NCBI GenBank assembly: GCA_016218805.1
Contig: JACRCW010000086.1
Location: 1-38,026, forward strand
Direction of reading: 5' to 3'
Source: Deltaproteobacteria bacterium
GTDB taxonomy: Bacteria; Myxococcota; JACRCW01
DNA: 38,026 nucleotides
Position 1 is the first letter of the stretch; each line of letters starts with the position of its first letter. Below, one piece after another: positions 18,073 through 27,430 of the stretch. The position numbers and the translations under genes are program-made. The notes under the pieces are model-generated. The model saw only the letters and a list, made by a program, of their open reading frames with translations. It was not told where the DNA came from and did no database searches.

Positions 18073-19431
18073 ATGACCACCGTCCTGTTGGTGGAAGATG
18101 ACGCACACCTGCGCGAGGTGATGGCCTATCAGCTCCACTCCCACGACATCCCCGTCGACGCGGTGGCCGATGGACGGCTCGCCATCCGTTTCCTTGAGGA
18201 ACAACCGAACCCAGCGCTGATCATCACCGATGTGAAGATGCCCAACGCTGATGGGTTCAAGGTGCTGGAGGCCGCGCGGCGGCTCGCGCCCCGCACGCCC
18301 GTGCTGATGTTGACAGCGTTTGGCAGCGTGGAGATGGCTGTCGAGGCCATGCGAGCCGGCGCGTTCGACTTCATCAGCAAGCCGTTCCACAAGGACCAGT
18401 TCCTTCTCACGGTGGACAAGGCGCTGGGCCACGGTCGTCTGGTCATGGAAAACGCCGAGCTGCGCGGGCGCGCGGGCTCGGACGTCGTTGCGGTATCGCC
18501 GTCCATGCGTGATGTCCTGAATCAGGCCCGGCAGGTGGCGGCCACGTCGGCCACCATCCTGCTGCTTGGCGAGAGCGGCGTAGGCAAGGAGGTGCTGGCT
18601 CACGAGATCCACCGCGCCAGCGAGCGACACGACAAGCCCTTCATCGCCCTGAACTGTGCCGCCATCCCGCGCGAATTGCTCGAGGCCGAGCTGTTCGGGT
18701 TTTCCAAGGGCGCGTTCACCGGAGCGCACAAGGAGCGCGTGGGCAAGTTCGTTGCTGCGGACGGTGGCACGTTGTTCCTGGACGAGATTGGTGACCTGGA
18801 CGACACGCTGCAGGCAAAACTGCTCCGCGTTCTGGAGCAACGCATGGTGGACGTGGTGGGTGGCGCGCCGGTGGCTGTGGACGTGCGCATTCTTGCTGCC
18901 ACCCACCAGGACCTCGCGGCACGTGTGGCAGAGAAGCGCTTCCGGCAGGACCTGTTCTACCGGCTGGCGGTCATCCCGTTGCGCATTCCGCCGCTGCGTG
19001 AGCGCCCCGAGGACATCGCCGTGCTGTTCACGCGTTTTGTTCACTCCTACTCGGGCGCCGCGCAGGTGACCGTGAGTGAGGAGTTGCTCCGCGCCGTGGT
19101 GCGGCGCCCCTGGCCGGGAAACGTGCGCGAGCTACGCAACCTCGCCGAGCGGATGGTGGCGTTGCGCAAGACCGACGCGCTGGATGTCTCCGACCTTCCC
19201 CCCGAGGACGCGCCGACGACCGTGCACCCGGGGTTCCTCCGGCTGGATCCGGCGAACATCCAGCTCCCCGAGGAGGGAGTCGCGCTGGAGGATCTGGAGC
19301 GCGCGGTGGTCATCTACGCCCTACGTCGGCACGCGTGGAACATCGCCGCGGCTGCCCGCTATCTGCGTGTGCCGCGCCACATCCTCATCTACCGCATGGA
19401 AAAATTCGGCATCACCCGGCACGGGACGTGA
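18073..19431 (+). CDS. sigma54-dependent response regulator (NtrC/ZraR family enhancer-binding protein)
   Basis: Receiver domain (VEDD, ITDVKMP), Walker A GESGVGKE, GAFTGA, LFLDEIGD, FRQDLFYRL, WPGNVREL, and a Fis-type HTH. AAGGAG RBS. Confidence 0.95.
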   Translation: MTTVLLVEDDAHLREVMAYQLHSHDIPVDAVADGRLAIRFLEEQPNPALIITDVKMPNADGFKVLEAARRLAPRTPVLMLTAFGSVEMAVEAMRAGAFDFISKPFHKDQFLLTVDKALGHGRLVMENAELRGRAGSDVVAVSPSMRDVLNQARQVAATSATILLLGESGVGKEVLAHEIHRASERHDKPFIALNCAAIPRELLEAELFGFSKGAFTGAHKERVGKFVAADGGTLFLDEIGDLDDTLQAKLLRVLEQRMVDVVGGAPVAVDVRILAATHQDLAARVAEKRFRQDLFYRLAVIPLRIPPLRERPEDIAVLFTRFVHSYSGAAQVTVSEELLRAVVRRPWPGNVRELRNLAERMVALRKTDALDVSDLPPEDAPTTVHPGFLRLDPANIQLPEEGVALEDLERAVVIYALRRHAWNIAAAARYLRVPRHILIYRMEKFGITRHGT

Positions 19432-19440
19432 CCCCTGCGC

Positions 19441-19456
19441 TGGCCCGTTCCCTGCT
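19441..19456 (+). promoter_or_regulatory. sigma54 -24/-12 promoter (GMC operon)
   Basis: TGGCCCGTTCCCTGCT, GG-N10-GC. Confidence 0.6.
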
Positions 19457-19497
19457 GGGCGCACGTCTGCCCCCCGCAGACAACCAGGAGCGTGACA

Positions 19498-19760
19498 TGA
19501 AGGCCCTCCTGCAGCGCAGCAGCGCCAACGTGGCCATCCAATCCGGCCCTCCCGCCCACGCGGGCGCGCGCCCTTGTATGGGCGGCGCATTTTGTCGTCA
19601 GCAAGGTGGGTCAGGAGGATCTCCCGTGGACGACGACCGCGCCGGGTGTGGCCGCGCTCGACTACCTTGGGCTGGCGGCCTCCACGCCTGCCACCGGTTT
19701 CTCCGAGAAGCAGGTGCGTCCGCAACATGGGTGAGCAGTCCGCTCCAGGCGCGTGCGTAG
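19498..19760 (+). other. Small ORF, possibly a frameshifted membrane-protein remnant
   Basis: AGGAG RBS and ATG 19498 (MKALLQRSS...). A more protein-like stretch (LVWAAHFVVSKVGQEDLPW...VAALDYLGLAA) lies in another frame. Confidence 0.3.
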
Positions 19761-19763
19761 GCC

Positions 19764-20354
19764 GTGGACCGCAGCACCTGGCACCCCACTCGGCGGCTGT
19801 TCCTTTGGGGCGCCGTCGTTGGCACGGGCGCCGCCACGGTCGCCGTGCATGCGTCGGGATACGGCTGGCTGGCTGGCTTCCCGGGCGAAGTCCTTGCCAC
19901 GTGGGAGGGCCACGTGGTGGCTGCGGCGGCTGAGCGCCTGCTGAACCTGCAGCAGGGCGGGCCCACGCCGTCGGACGTGGCGCGCCACGTGGATCGATTC
20001 CTCGTCGGCATGCCACCGTCCATGCACCAGGACATTCACCTGATGCTCGGCGCGCTGGAGCACGGGACACTGCCGCTCGGTCTACGGTTCTCGCGGCTCA
20101 CGCGCCTCCCCGCTGCGGACCGCGTGAACTTCCTTGCGGGATTGCCCCAGCTGGGCACGCTGATGGCGCAGGCCTATCGCGGGGTTCGCGACCTGTGTCT
20201 GCTGGGATACTGGCAGGACCCGCGCACCTGGGCGCGTATCGGCTACGGCGGTCCCTGGGGGGCCAGCACGGCCAATGGGCACGCGCGACACGTCACCGGC
20301 TACGACGCGTTGGTGGCACCTGCGGCGGCGCTCCCCAGGAGCGCGCTGCCATGA
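19764..20354 (+). CDS. Gluconate-2-dehydrogenase subunit-3-like partner of GMC oxidoreductase
   Basis: Tat-like TRRLFL, RFSRLTRLPAADRVNFL, and RDLCLLGYWQDPRTWARIGYGGP. ATGA overlap with the GMC gene. Confidence 0.8.
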   Translation: MDRSTWHPTRRLFLWGAVVGTGAATVAVHASGYGWLAGFPGEVLATWEGHVVAAAAERLLNLQQGGPTPSDVARHVDRFLVGMPPSMHQDIHLMLGALEHGTLPLGLRFSRLTRLPAADRVNFLAGLPQLGTLMAQAYRGVRDLCLLGYWQDPRTWARIGYGGPWGASTANGHARHVTGYDALVAPAAALPRSALP

Positions 20355-21872
20355 TCTACGACGCTGCCGCGCTGCCGTTGCCCTTGCGCCTCAAGGCTGA
20401 CCTCTGCGTCATTGGCTCCGGTGCCGGCGGTGGCATGGTGGCCACCGTGGCCGCGGAGGCGGGCCTGAAGGTGGTGGTGCTGGAGGCCGGGGCGCTGTGG
20501 ACGCCGGCCATGATGTCTCAGCGCGAGGAGGAGATGTTCCCGCGGCTGTTGTGGGACAACGGCAGTCGGACAACGACGGATCGCGCGGTGAAGATCCACC
20601 AGGGCCGGGGTATCGGCGGCTCCACGCTGCACAATACCTGCCTGTGCAAGCGCATTCCCGACCCGATCCTCCGCCGCTGGCAGGCAGAACGGAAGCTGGA
20701 GACGCTGGATGCGAAACGCTGGGCGGACCTCTACGGGCGCGTCGAGACGAAGCTGGCAATTGCGGATATTCCCGAGGCGCAGGTCAACCGCCACAATCGA
20801 CTGCTTTTGGACGGGGCGCGCAAGCTGGGCTGGCGCACCGGGACGCTGAAACACAACCGGACCGGGTGTGCCGCAAGCGGTTTCTGCGAGATGGGCTGCG
20901 CGTTTGACGCCAAGAACAACGTGCTCAAGACGCTGGTGCCCAGGATCGTACGGGCCGGGGCGGACCTTCTCAGCAACTGCCAGGCGGTCCGGGTTACGCA
21001 CGGCGCGGCCGGCGTGACCGGCGTGGACGCGGTGGCGGTGCACGCGCGGAACGCATGAGCCAATGGCAGCGGTGCGCGTGGACGCCCCGCGGGTATGCCT
21101 GTCGGCCTCCGCCACGGCGACCGCAGCGCTGTGGCTCCGGTCGTCGCTGCCCGCGCCGGCGGGGACGGTTGGTGAAAACCTGCACATCCACCCGGCCGTG
21201 GTGGTGGCGGGAGATTTCGCCGAGCCGGTCAATGCGTGGCAGGGCATTCCGCAGTCCGCGGAATGCACGGAGTGGTTGGACTTCGAGCGTACCGACGGAC
21301 ATTCCGCGTGGATCGTGCCTGCGTTTGCGCATCCGGTCGGAACGGCAACGCTGGTACCCGGCCACGCGATGGCCCACGCCGCGCTCATGGAACGCTACCC
21401 GCATCTCGGCGTGCTGGCGGCCATGGTGCACGACGACACCACGGGAACGGTACGGCCCGACGGCGACCTCGGTCTTGCCATCGACTACTGGCCCAATGCG
21501 CGGGACCGCGGCGAGCTGGCGCTTGGTCTATGGGCAAGCGCCAGGCTGCTGTTTGCCGCCGGGGCGCGTCGGGTGGTCGTTCCCGCCCACCCCGCTGTTG
21601 AACTGCACAACGAGGCCGCCGCAGAACGGCTCCGGGGGCTGCCTTTGGAGAGGGGGATGATGGACGTTGTGGCTGTGCATCCGATGAGCACGGTGCCCAT
21701 GGGCGACGATCCGCGCACGGCAGCCGTGCGCAGCGACGGCCGTCATCACGGGCTGCGCGGCTTGTGGGTGGCGCACGGCTCACTGTTCCCGACCTCGATC
21801 GGCGGGCCGCCCCAATGGTCCGTGTACGCGCTTGGCCTGCACGTCGCGGAAGCACTCGTTGCCATGGGATAG
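20351..21872 (+). pseudogene. GMC family oxidoreductase, single +1 frameshift near 21050
   Basis: IGSGAGG, GRGIGGSTLHN and C..SGFCEMGC in the first ORF; GENLHIHP, HPMSTVPMG and SLFPTSIGGPPQ in ORF 21063..21872. Removing one A from CGGAACGCATGAG gives a continuous R-T-H-E-P-M-A-A-V. Confidence 0.88.
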
Positions 21873-21953
21873 CCGCCGCGCGAGGGCAGCGCGCGATCGC
21901 CGGTGCGTCAGGAAACCAACGCGTGTAACGCGCGTGCTCCGCGGATGCGCTGA

Positions 21954-21994
21954 AAGCGGGGAATAGTCACCGAAGACTGGCGAATAGTCTTCAA
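21954..21994 (+). promoter_or_regulatory. Putative enhancer (UAS): tandem GAATAGTC at a 21-bp period
   Basis: GAATAGTC at 21961 and 21982. The second lies within the palindrome GAAGACT-N7-AGTCTTC (21972-21992). Confidence 0.7.
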
Positions 21995-22032
21995 CCAGGG
22001 CGCGCGGCACACCGGGAACGCGGCCGTCCTGT

Positions 22033-22048
22033 TGGCACGCTGTTGGCT
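22033..22048 (+). promoter_or_regulatory. sigma54 -24/-12 promoter
   Basis: TGGCACGCTGTTGGCT, GG-N10-GC. Confidence 0.7.
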
Positions 22049-22131
22049 GATGGGGCGCACGCCGCCCAGTGCGGGCGGTGGAGCCGCGCCAGAGCGGACG
22101 GCTGGCCACGACAAAGAAGAGGACGGCGGCG

Positions 22132-24555
22132 ATGGTGGCTCATGGCAAGTACCTTCTGTGCGGCGTTTCCCTGTTGGCGGCATGTGCCGATCCGGTGGAC
22201 CTGCCGCTGGGGCAGCGCGAGTTGGATGTGTTCTTCCGTCACAGCGATTGGCGTCCGCGGACCGACACGCGCGTGGACGTGACCCAGGCTCCACCGTCGA
22301 AAGTGGAGCGCTTCGCAGTCTCCACGGTCGTCGGCGAGGTCAAGGTCATTGAGGGCGACAGCACCAACGTGTCGGCGTTGGCTGGCCAGGGAGGCAGCGG
22401 GTTCGGCCTGCGCATGGACCAGGGACGTCAGGATCTTCCGCGCATCACGCGCCAGGTGGTCGAGGAGGAGGGCGACCATTTCGACTTCATCGTCGTGTTT
22501 CCGTCGTTCGATGACCTGTCCAACCCGGGATTCGCGTACTTCTCCACGATCAAGGCAACGGAGTCTGGCACCGGCCAGGAGCCGGTGGACATGAGCGACC
22601 TATTTGGCTCAGCGGGGAGACTGCAGGGATTTCTCAACATGAACCGTCCCGGCGCGTACACCCAGGTGGACGGCCTGCCGATCACCAACGAGGCTTCCGC
22701 CGCCTACCCGATCATGGGTCAGGAACTCACCCACCGCTGGCTCGCCTTTGCAATGGTGCGGAAGGACGGCCTGGACAACGGCCAGGTGAGCGATGTGCTG
22801 CTGGGGCGCGACGCGGCGCACTGGTCCGCGCTCATGCACACCGGACCCGCCAACATGAACGGTGAGGTGTACACGTCCGTGCAGGACGGGATTGCGTGGA
22901 AGGACAATGGCAACGGCACATTCACCGCGGTGGAGGTCTTCAGTGACCAGCAGTTCAACATTTCGCCGCGTGCGCGTTTCTCCACACTTGACCTGTACTT
23001 GATGGGCTTCAACGCCGTTGAGGAAGTTGACCCGTTCTTTGTGATCACCGGCGCACGCTACGGGGGGCAAGCCGTGACTGCCACCAGCGTGCTGCGCCGC
23101 GGGCTCACGGTGTCGGGTGCGCGCGTCGACCTGGGGGTGGAGCACGTCATCGCGGCGCTGGGGCCGCGCTCGCCGTCCAGCGCGGAGGCGCCCAAGGACT
23201 TCAACATTGCGATGGTCGTCATCACGCAGCCGGGCCAGACCGCCGCCGACGTCCAGGCGCTGGCGGAGGACGTGGACGCGTTCCGCCTCACGTGGGAGCA
23301 GAAGTTCAGCGCGTGGACGGGCGGCCGCGCATCCGTGTGCACCGCGCTGTCCGGCAACTGCGCCACGGCCCGGCTCAAGCTGCACGCGCCGCGGATCGCG
23401 GGCGCAACCGCAACAAGCCCGCCCATGCCAGGACGCCCGCTCAGCGTGGAAGTCGTCGTGGAGAACGCGGGCACGGCCGACTCGGTGGTGGCCACGCTGT
23501 CCCTGGCCACCGAGGACGGCGCGGTCACGCCGGCCGAGCAAAACGTTGCCACCCTGGCCCCCGGAGAAGCGCGCGCGCTGTCGTTCACCGTCACCCCGCA
23601 CGCCACGCTGGCCTGCGGCAGTTTGCTGACCATGGCGGCAACGCTGACCCCTGATGGCGTACGTCCGTTGCGGCGGACCGCGGCCGTCCCGCTTGGTTTG
23701 CGCACGGCGTTTGAGAATACGCTGGAAACGGACCCCGGCTGGACGGTGAACCCCGACGGGACCGACGCGGCAGCGCACGGAGTCTGGGCGTGGGGCGTGC
23801 CGCAACGCACGGACCTCCGCCGATACGGAGCCTCGCAGATCATCGGCCAGCCGGGGGAGGACGCATCCCCCGTTGGAGACCGCGGGTTCTTCACGGATCC
23901 CGGGACGGAGGGCGCGGACCCCGAGGACATCGGGCTGAATGACGTGGATGACGGTGTGACCACGGTCCAGTCCGAGGCCATGGACGTGGGCGGCCTGATC
24001 GACCCGGTCCTGCGGTGGCGGACCTGGCACTCGGCGCTTGTCATTGATGTCCAGGCCGGGGAACTGCGGCTGGGCGTGGGCGACGACTTGGTAACGTTGC
24101 TGAGCGTGGATGAAGGGGATTGGATCGAAGTCGACCGGGACGACACCAACGAGTTCACGTGGCGGGAGAAGAGCGTGCGCCTGGCGGATGTTGCCGCGAC
24201 GGCGCGAACGGTCAGACTCCGCTTCGTCGTCGGCGACATGGGCGATGAGCAGAACGTCGTTGAGGCGGGCGTGGACGACGTGGTCATCACGGAGCTTGCC
24301 GACGGGTGCCCCGGCACGGAACCTCTACCCGCGGATGGCGGCGTGGCTGCGCCGGACGCCGGCGGCTCACCTGCTGATGGGAGAGGCGGCGCGCTTGCCT
24401 GGAAATGCGCGTGCGCATTGGCCGGCGGCGGAACCTCCTGGGCATCCGTGGCGGTGATGGCGGGCGTGATTGCCCTTCTGCGCCGGCGGCGGCGCAGCAC
24501 TGGGGCGCTGCCCACATGCGCACGCGTTTCCGGGAGGTCTGCAATGGGCTCGTGA
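22132..24555 (+). CDS. Large surface protein: zincin-like domain, CARDB/Ig-like domain, jelly-roll-like domain, MYXO-CTERM-like tail
   Basis: LLAAC lipobox, GQELTHRW...LLGRDAAHWS, FSTLDLYLMG, VEVVVENAGTADS (CARDB-like), and C-terminal CACALAGG + hydrophobic helix + RRRRR. Confidence 0.75.
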   Translation: MVAHGKYLLCGVSLLAACADPVDLPLGQRELDVFFRHSDWRPRTDTRVDVTQAPPSKVERFAVSTVVGEVKVIEGDSTNVSALAGQGGSGFGLRMDQGRQDLPRITRQVVEEEGDHFDFIVVFPSFDDLSNPGFAYFSTIKATESGTGQEPVDMSDLFGSAGRLQGFLNMNRPGAYTQVDGLPITNEASAAYPIMGQELTHRWLAFAMVRKDGLDNGQVSDVLLGRDAAHWSALMHTGPANMNGEVYTSVQDGIAWKDNGNGTFTAVEVFSDQQFNISPRARFSTLDLYLMGFNAVEEVDPFFVITGARYGGQAVTATSVLRRGLTVSGARVDLGVEHVIAALGPRSPSSAEAPKDFNIAMVVITQPGQTAADVQALAEDVDAFRLTWEQKFSAWTGGRASVCTALSGNCATARLKLHAPRIAGATATSPPMPGRPLSVEVVVENAGTADSVVATLSLATEDGAVTPAEQNVATLAPGEARALSFTVTPHATLACGSLLTMAATLTPDGVRPLRRTAAVPLGLRTAFENTLETDPGWTVNPDGTDAAAHGVWAWGVPQRTDLRRYGASQIIGQPGEDASPVGDRGFFTDPGTEGADPEDIGLNDVDDGVTTVQSEAMDVGGLIDPVLRWRTWHSALVIDVQAGELRLGVGDDLVTLLSVDEGDWIEVDRDDTNEFTWREKSVRLADVAATARTVRLRFVVGDMGDEQNVVEAGVDDVVITELADGCPGTEPLPADGGVAAPDAGGSPADGRGGALAWKCACALAGGGTSWASVAVMAGVIALLRRRRRSTGALPTCARVSGRSAMGS

Positions 24556-24575
24556 CACCAGGCTCAGTGTTGCGG

Positions 24576-24857
24576 CTACTGGATGATGAGCACACCGGTA
24601 ACCATGTCCATACCGCACGCGAAACGCAGCGTCCCGGCGGCGCGCGGCGCGAGGTGGATCTCAACCGGTTGACCCAATGGCAACTCGTTGTGGACGCCAA
24701 CCTCCTTGATGACGATCTCCTTCACGCAGGCCTTCTCCGTCTTGCGAGTGACCACCAGATGAATCGCCTCGCCGCGAGCCACCCGGACTTCGCGCGGGAC
24801 GAATCCCGCTGACGTGACCGCAAGATCGATCCGCCGGGTCCCGGCCCGGCCCGCCAC
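24576..24857 (-). pseudogene. Cupredoxin-domain protein (CupA-like), apparently 5'-truncated
   Basis: IDLAVTSAGFVPREVRV...VTRKTEKAC..EIVI...LPLGQPVEI...FACGMDM..G.LII. No signal peptide or clear RBS; in-frame stop at 24897-24899. Confidence 0.75.
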
Positions 24858-24889
24858 CGCGGCCAGTGAATCGGCGCGCCGACGCTGGA

Positions 24890-25329
24890 GGTGCGCTTAC
24901 GAGCAGCGTCTCGGCGAGGAAATCCGCCGCGCGCGCCGTTTTGATCGTCCGCTGGCCGTTGCGGTGCTTGACCTCGTGCAGTTCGCCGCCCGGAACCGTG
25001 CACTGGACCAGCTGGCTGCGGGCCGCGCGCTCCGGGAACTGGCGGACCGCCTCCGCGCCCAGTTGCGTGCCCACGACGTTGTCGCGCGGTTCTGTGCCGA
25101 CGAGTTCTGCGTGCTCATGCCCGACACCAGCGTGGATGCGGCGCACGTGGCGCTGGAGCGGATGGCGGGGGCGCTGCACTCCTTGTCGCCACCGGTCTCT
25201 GCATCCCCCCCATGCGCGCTGGGCGTCGGCCTGAGTGTCCTGGAGCCGGGGGATGATGTTGCAACGCTGGTGAAACGCGCCCAGGACGCCTTGGAGGCCG
25301 CAAAGCACCACGGCGACGGCGGACGCTGA
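24890..25329 (+). pseudogene. Degenerate, 5'-truncated GGDEF domain
   Basis: RLGEEIRRARRFDRPLAVAVLDL...DVVARFCADEFCVLMP...LVKRAQDALEAAK. The active site reads CADEF and the N-terminal D.LTGL.N is missing. Confidence 0.75.
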
Positions 25330-25355
25330 ACCCTCGCATCGCCCGGCTCCGGGCA

Positions 25356-26389
25356 TCAGCGGGTGATCACATCCGGACGCCTTCCCGGGAGCCAGACACG
25401 GAACGTGGTGCCGACTCCGGGCGTGCTCGACATGTCCACCGTGCCGCCATGCTCCTCAATGATCCGCTTGCAGATGGAGAGTCCGAGTCCGGTACCCCTG
25501 TCCTCCGGTTTTGTGGTGAAGAATGCCTCGAAAACCCTCCGTTGAAGATGCGCGGGAATTCCCGTTCCTGAGTCTGTCACCTCTGTTGCCACCCCCCGCC
25601 GGCGTGGGCCGTGGTGACCGCGAGGTGGCCTCCGGTCTCCATGGCGTCCAGGGCGTTTCTGAACAGGTTCATGAAGACCTGCAGCAGTTCAGCGCGGTTG
25701 CCCTCAACGGACGACTGAGTGGCACCGAGACCAAGGCTGACCCGCACTCCCTGCGCGGCGAACGCGGTGGAGTTCAACCGGATGCCGTCCTGGAGGACTT
25801 CGTGGAGGTCCAGCACTGCCCGCTCTCCGCTGGTGACCCGGGAGAACCGGCGGACCGATTGGACGAGCGCGCGCAGTCGTTGCAACTGCTCGCACACGTC
25901 GGCCCACGGGCTGCTCGCCCGCTCGGAGGGGACGATCTCGTCGAGTTCGGCGTGGGCAAGCAGCATCAACCCGGCCAGGTAGCCGTTAACGTCGTGAATC
26001 ACAGTCCCTGCCATCAGGCCAAGCGTGGCCATCCGGTTGGCATGCTGCAGCTGGCGGAAGCTCTCCTGCAGTTCGCCATTGGCTTCGCACAGCGCAGACG
26101 ACTGCCGGTGCAGCGCGTCGGTCCGCTCCCGCAGGGAGGCCATCGCCAGTCCCACGGCCGTACCAAGCAACGCTCCCAACAGGATGAACGCCGTCCACCA
26201 TGGCAGGAGTACCGGGCGGAACGCATCGCGCACAGACGCCAACAAGGAGTGCTGCATCTGGTGGCACACCATGGCGTCCAGGTCCGCATGGGTCAGGTGG
26301 AACAGCACCATGGAAAACGGGGACAGCACAAAGTACCCCACGGCTGCTCCCACCAGGCCGGACTGGAGGAGGTGAATCCCCCGCTTCAT
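25356..26389 (-). pseudogene. Sensor histidine kinase, frameshifted at a G6 tract (25592-25597)
   Basis: Two TMs with a His-rich loop, H-box VIHDVNGYL and N-box QVFMNLFRNA in ORF 25577..26389. The D/F/G boxes (DSGTGI, FEAFFTTK, GTGLGL) are in ORF 25356..25592. Confidence 0.88.
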
Positions 26390-27087
26390 GGTGCCTCCGA
26401 AGCGGCCCTGGACGTTCCCAAGCGCGCCTTGCGCTGTACGACCTCGACCCGTGCACCCAGGGCCGTGGCGGCTGACCGGTATTCACGCCGCACCATCCAG
26501 CGCATCACGAACAACGGGAGCCACTGCCCCAGGTCGCATGACTGGAAGTAGCGGACCAGCGCCGCGCGGCCGTCCGCCGCCGGCTCCACGCAGTACCGGG
26601 TCTGGCTCCGATCAACGATGCAGAAGGTCACTTGCCCGTCGAGGACCTTGGCTGGACCGTTCTCCTGGATGCGGTACTTGGACCGACAGTCAAAGGTCCC
26701 CACCAGCGGCACCGTGTGGCGGACCTGCACACGTACCAGCTGCCCTTCCCGCGCAACCACGTCCGAACGCACGACGGTGGGCATCCACTCCTTGAAGTTC
26801 TCGAAGTCAGTCAGCACCGAGAACACGTCATCCACGGAGGCCGGCAGCCGCCCAACGCCCTCAATGATCACGCCGCGGCCGTCCTTTGTGTCCCGCAACC
26901 GGTAGTACGGCTGCTCGCCGCGCAGGTCCGCCTCGGTGAGGGTGAACACCGGGCCTTCCAGGAAATCGCCGCGTATGGGCCTGGCGGAGAGCGTTCCGCC
27001 CAACGCCGGCGCTGCGGGTAGCCAAAGCGACCCGGTACCCAGCCGGACGAGGAGATCACGTCGAGACAGTGTGCGTGCGCTGGCCAT
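26386..27087 (-). CDS. SRPBCC/START (polyketide cyclase-like) protein with Tat-like signal
   Basis: SRRDLL twin-arginine motif, ASVDDVFSVLTDFENFKEWMP.VVRSDV, and DLGQWLPLFVMRW. ATGA overlap with the kinase. Confidence 0.8.
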   Translation of the reverse strand: MASARTLSRRDLLVRLGTGSLWLPAAPALGGTLSARPIRGDFLEGPVFTLTEADLRGEQPYYRLRDTKDGRGVIIEGVGRLPASVDDVFSVLTDFENFKEWMPTVVRSDVVAREGQLVRVQVRHTVPLVGTFDCRSKYRIQENGPAKVLDGQVTFCIVDRSQTRYCVEPAADGRAALVRYFQSCDLGQWLPLFVMRWMVRREYRSAATALGARVEVVQRKARLGTSRAASEAP

Positions 27088-27100
27088 ACCTGTGTGCGTC

Positions 27101-27117
27101 AGCAAGACGCTCGCCAA
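27101..27117 (-). promoter_or_regulatory. sigma54 -24/-12 promoter
   Basis: TTGGCGAGCGTCTTGCT, GG-N10-GC. Confidence 0.75.
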
Positions 27118-27183
27118 GAGCGTGATCCCACTGATTCCGGCGCGAGGGCGCGCCCAACGGGTGGCCACGCCCGCCGGCGTGGC

Positions 27184-27198
27184 GACTATTCCTCATCA
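27184..27198 (-). promoter_or_regulatory. Putative enhancer (UAS)
   Basis: TGATGAGGAATAGTC on the minus strand, about 67 bp upstream of the promoter. Confidence 0.6.
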
Positions 27199-27423
27199 CA
27201 GTCGTTGAAACGACCTGGCGCGTTGGCCGGGCAATTGGCGCGTACGCGGGCCGGGGATCAAACTCGCGTGGCTCCGCTCCGCGCGCATCAAACCCTCCGT
27301 CGCGAGCCAGCCTCCAAACAGCCCGACGAGGGTCAGGGCACCTAGCAGGATCAGTGCCGCCCCGAGCCTTACCGCACGCCCGGACGGCCGCGAGAACCAC
27401 GGCGCCAGGAACAGAGCCGCCAT
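27196..27423 (-). CDS. Small membrane protein or fragment
   Basis: GAGGAGG RBS 7 nt after the GMC stop, and a hydrophobic LGAALILLGALTLVGLFGGWL segment. Confidence 0.45.
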   Translation of the reverse strand: MAALFLAPWFSRPSGRAVRLGAALILLGALTLVGLFGGWLATEGLMRAERSHASLIPGPRTRQLPGQRARSFQRL

Positions 27424-27430
27424 CCCCTCC

